A DNA stretch of 64,000 nt from Candidatus Micrarchaeota archaeon (lineage in GTDB: Archaea > Micrarchaeota > Micrarchaeia > Anstonellales > Bilamarchaeaceae): contig JAKEGJ010000021.1 in assembly GCA_022627495.1 (NCBI GenBank), positions 78,612 to 142,611 of the forward strand. The letters run 5' to 3'. Of the stretch, positions 61,299 through 64,000 are shown piece after piece. A model generated the notes under the pieces. That model was not told where the DNA came from, did not search any database, and worked only from the letters and a program-made list of their open reading frames with translations. The position numbers and the translations under genes were made by a program. The first letter of the stretch is position 1. Each line of letters starts with the position of its first letter.

Positions 61299-63113
61299 CT
61301 AGCGGAAGCCGCCGCCGCCTGATGAATGGGAGCTGAACCCGCCGCCTCCGCCCGAGCTCCAGCCGCCCGAAGAGTGCGACGAGAAGCCCCCGCGGCTTCC
61401 TCCGGACGCCCCGCTCCTGCTGCCGTATGTCTTCAGGTTATGGAGCGCCCATGCCGAAGCGAAGTATTGGCGCGACGAGACGCCCGCCGCACCGAGCGTT
61501 TCCACCCTTTTTGCCGTGAGGGCGTCCAGTTCGGACAAATGATTCCTGACCTTGTCAGCCATGCCGAGGGCAGTGGCATACACGAGTATCCCGCCCCAGA
61601 TGACCGCGGACGATGGCGGGTATTCCTTCAGCCTGCTCAATTTGACCGCGCGGGCGAACGCGTCCCATCTCTCGTATTCCTCTCGCTGGTCTTCGTGCAC
61701 CTGTATCCTCCTCATGCGCATGGCCAGGAACACGGCGGATGGAACTGCAATCAGGATGGCGGCAATCAGGCCGTAGGCCTCAGCAAGGTTGCCCTCCAGA
61801 AGGTAGCCCGCGATGAAATCCAGGCTGAAAAACGCCGCATAGCATCCGAAAATCAATCCCATGAACGAAATGCCGACCAGCGCCGAATCCCCGGTATCCG
61901 CGGCGTCTTTGAGGTCCGAGATTTTTTTCTCGGCCAGCACCTTCCCGATTTCGCTTGTGAACGTTTCGACTGCCGCAGCCGCAGGAATTTTTTCGGCTTC
62001 GCCCTTGGCGTTTATCCTGCCATATCCGGCAGCCATCGCATCCAGGTCCGCCTCGGTCTTTCCCTGAGGGAAGATCATGTCGAGCACCGCTGCTTCGTAG
62101 GGCTTCGGGTTCTCCGGCCTCTTTTTCAGAAATAGGATGGTGTGCCCGCGCTTCACCTGCGTAGACGATTCGCCTTTCTTCTCCAGCTCCACTATGTCGA
62201 TATGGTCCCTAATGATGAGGCTGAGTATCGCCGCCGCCATGATGTCGCTTGCCGGCATCCTGTTCCGGATCAGGACGCTGACGAATGCGGGCTCCTCCCC
62301 GTCCGGCGGAAGTATATTCTCGGGGTATTTCGGCTTCCGCCTGTCCTTGATGAAGAAGTATGCCGCCGCCAATCCGCAAATCGCCGCAGCCGGCAGGCAG
62401 CAGAACAACGTCGAAGGCGTAGTTTCCGGTTCAAGCAGCATCTTTGAGCCGTAGGCCTCCCGCTCGTCATTGAGAATGGCGAGCGCGGGCGCGTCCACCG
62501 TGTTCGTGGTGTGCAGTGCATCCCTGTCATACAGGTAGCAGCCTCCTATGTAGTTGCCTGGTGGCACATCAATCATCTCTATCACGATTGATAGGTCGTC
62601 TATGCGCGCGTTCCCCTCCTTTGTGGAATAGACCTCGAAGTGCATGTCCTTGCCGCGCGAGGCTTCGGGCAGGCTCATAACCGAAACGAATTCCGCCGCC
62701 GGGACGCTCCATCCCCCGCCATAATGCTCGAAGCAGACCTTGGCGAAATCGTTGTAAAGCTGAGCCCTGTCTTTCAGCGTGTAGCTGAGTTCGACGTTGT
62801 TTTTCCCCGCATATGTCTTCTTCCAGACAATCTCCGCCCGGCCCTCGCTGTCGAGTTGGGTCACAAACTGCGCGTCTTCCCCGTTTACCTTCGCATAATG
62901 CACTATGATATTGTCCAGCGTGCCGAAATCCTCGAACCTAATCGTGCGGAATCCCTCTTCGTACGCCTCCTCCAGCGTGAAGCTGATGTTCTCATGGATG
63001 TCCAGGCCCCCGTCATCCCTGACGGCCGCGCGGGCATGGTACGAGTCGATGGAGAAAGAGGACGCGGCCGCGGTCAATGCAAGCAGGAGGAAAACGGGGA
63101 GGGCAAATCGCAT
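61299..63113 (-). CDS. DUF2207-family membrane protein
   Basis: It has a signal peptide and an N-terminal domain that starts FSIDSYHARAAVRDDGGLDIHENISF. It also has central TM helices and a Gly/Ser-rich tail GGFSSHSSGGWSSGGGGGFSSHSSGGGGFR, typical of the family. Confidence 0.7.
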   Translation of the reverse strand: MRFALPVFLLLALTAAASSFSIDSYHARAAVRDDGGLDIHENISFTLEEAYEEGFRTIRFEDFGTLDNIIVHYAKVNGEDAQFVTQLDSEGRAEIVWKKTYAGKNNVELSYTLKDRAQLYNDFAKVCFEHYGGGWSVPAAEFVSVMSLPEASRGKDMHFEVYSTKEGNARIDDLSIVIEMIDVPPGNYIGGCYLYDRDALHTTNTVDAPALAILNDEREAYGSKMLLEPETTPSTLFCCLPAAAICGLAAAYFFIKDRRKPKYPENILPPDGEEPAFVSVLIRNRMPASDIMAAAILSLIIRDHIDIVELEKKGESSTQVKRGHTILFLKKRPENPKPYEAAVLDMIFPQGKTEADLDAMAAGYGRINAKGEAEKIPAAAAVETFTSEIGKVLAEKKISDLKDAADTGDSALVGISFMGLIFGCYAAFFSLDFIAGYLLEGNLAEAYGLIAAILIAVPSAVFLAMRMRRIQVHEDQREEYERWDAFARAVKLSRLKEYPPSSAVIWGGILVYATALGMADKVRNHLSELDALTAKRVETLGAAGVSSRQYFASAWALHNLKTYGSRSGASGGSRGGFSSHSSGGWSSGGGGGFSSHSSGGGGFR

Positions 63114-63137
63114 GGGTGGATATCTCGCGATAATGTT

Positions 63138-63575
63138 TTATTGATTGGCAGGCGCTTTGTCACTCGAGGGGGCGGCGTTGCTCCGGAGTTTCCTGACTAT
63201 CGGCAGGTCGGCCCTGGCCCAGTCATATCCATCCAGTTCCGCAATGCGGACCCACCTGAAATCCTTCACATCGAGGGCCTTCGGCTCCCCGTCCCTCCAG
63301 TCCGCAAGATACGCCTGGAGCCTGATGCGGATGCCCCTGCCTTCTGCATGGCTGACGCAGAAAACCCTCTTTCCGGCTTCAATCCGGACGCCCAGCTCCT
63401 CCATTATCTCGCGCGCAAGGGCTTTCTGCGGCGTCTCGCCGGCCTCAGCCTTGCCTCCTGGGAATTCCCATTTGCCGGGCTCCCTCTTGCAGTCGTCCTT
63501 CCTCTGCGCTATGAGAAGCATGTCCCCTTTCCTTATGACGCCCGCGACTACAAGCACTGTTTCCACGGCTTCCAT
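63138..63575 (-). CDS. NUDIX hydrolase, MutT-like
   Basis: It has VVAGVIRKGDMLLIAQR and the Nudix box PGGKAEAGETPQKALAREIMEELGV. The ATG is at 63575. Confidence 0.75.
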   Translation of the reverse strand: MEAVETVLVVAGVIRKGDMLLIAQRKDDCKREPGKWEFPGGKAEAGETPQKALAREIMEELGVRIEAGKRVFCVSHAEGRGIRIRLQAYLADWRDGEPKALDVKDFRWVRIAELDGYDWARADLPIVRKLRSNAAPSSDKAPANQ

Positions 63576-63663
63576 ATGCCCCTTGCAGATTATTACCGTT
63601 CCGGCCGCCCTCCGACCTGATGCCTGACCAACCTTAATAAATTTCACGCGAGCATGGCCCTCC

Positions 63664-64000
63664 ATGGGATGCCGCAACGTATTGTTCCTGCTAATCGTCC
63701 TGGCCGGGGCGCCTCTTGCCCAAAGCGCTTCGGAATACTGCTCCTTTGAGAAAGCCGAGGGCGAAAGCTGCTATCGCGACTGCTGCGAATCGCTCGGATA
63801 CTCGTATGACGGGGGGTGCCTAGTCAGCGGCACGGACCAGGACTATGTGTCGTCCTCTTGCTTATACTGCACCGATTCCTACGCGCAATGCGTGGAGACG
63901 TACGAAAGCGGCGGCTCAAGCGGCGCATCCAACGATTATTCCAGCTCCGGGGGGAGCGGCTGCTGTTCGGGGTTCATCGTGCTTTCACTGCTCGGCGCAT
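63664..64000 (+). CDS. Small Cys-rich secreted protein, 3'-truncated by the window edge (not in the ORF track)
   Basis: ATG at 63664 gives MGCRNVLFLLIVLAGAPLAQSA, then a Cys-rich body (EYCSFEKAEGESCYRDCCESLGYSYDGGCLV...SSSCLYCTDSYAQCVETYE), a Gly/Ser linker, and CCSGFIVLSLLGA running off the window. The architecture matches the 49762-50217 protein. Confidence 0.55.
   Translation, partial: MGCRNVLFLLIVLAGAPLAQSASEYCSFEKAEGESCYRDCCESLGYSYDGGCLVSGTDQDYVSSSCLYCTDSYAQCVETYESGGSSGASNDYSSSGGSGCCSGFIVLSLLGA

Noticed and set aside
62640-63620. A 326-aa plus-strand ORF.
   Set aside because: It is antisense to the DUF2207 and MutT-like genes, both of which have clear family signatures.
1-64000. A search for tRNA, rRNA, SRP RNA, transposase, integrase, CRISPR or prophage genes.
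   Set aside because: I could recognise no T-loop/acceptor-type tRNA pattern, no rRNA-like conserved stretch and no mobile-element enzyme by eye. A tRNAscan or Infernal run is needed to be sure about small RNAs.

Overview
This is a GC-rich, densely coding chromosomal segment of about 70 CDS. Intergenic gaps are short and many gene pairs have 1-4 nt start/stop overlaps. The segment reads as archaeal: it encodes RadA, Pelota, archaeal/eukaryal-type TrpRS, PheRS beta, archaeal-type riboflavin synthase, CTP-dependent riboflavin kinase, ADP-forming acetyl-CoA synthetase, split transketolase, an Ogg2-type glycosylase and a DUF35 protein, and AT-rich TATA-like boxes sit about 20-30 nt upstream of many start codons. 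I cannot assign a lineage from sequence alone; the gene content resembles a small-genome uncultivated archaeon. Functional blocks: (i) a riboflavin cluster (ribB, a fused riboflavin synthase-lumazine synthase, ribA, ribD, HTH-fused ribK); (ii) a non-oxidative pentose phosphate operon (rpe, tktN, tktC, tal); (iii) central carbon genes (class I GAPDH, thiolase, ACD alpha/beta, ATP-PEPCK); (iv) purF and a pyrK fragment; (v) two ABC systems; (vi) many secreted, lipobox-bearing or Cys-rich envelope proteins together with extracytoplasmic thioredoxin-fold proteins. Several genes are bacterial in type: a sigma-70 factor, class I GAPDH, GTP cyclohydrolase II, fused RibD, an HD-GYP-like protein and MscL. 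I recognised no rRNA, tRNA, CRISPR array, transposase or integrase. The items most worth a second look are: the complete sigma-70-like gene and its neighbours (a VirB2/TrbC-like mini-protein and a DUF736-like protein just upstream of radA); the RibC-RibH fusion; an array of four related perfect hairpins/palindromes in an unusually long 400-bp intergenic region upstream of a possible HTH protein; a three-gene operon of a coiled-coil protein, a Pro/Gln-rich disordered protein and a helical protein; a tandem GIDE-domain pair; and a divergent UPRT-like/PNP-like pair carrying large insertions. All family assignments come from motif recognition by eye, not database searches.
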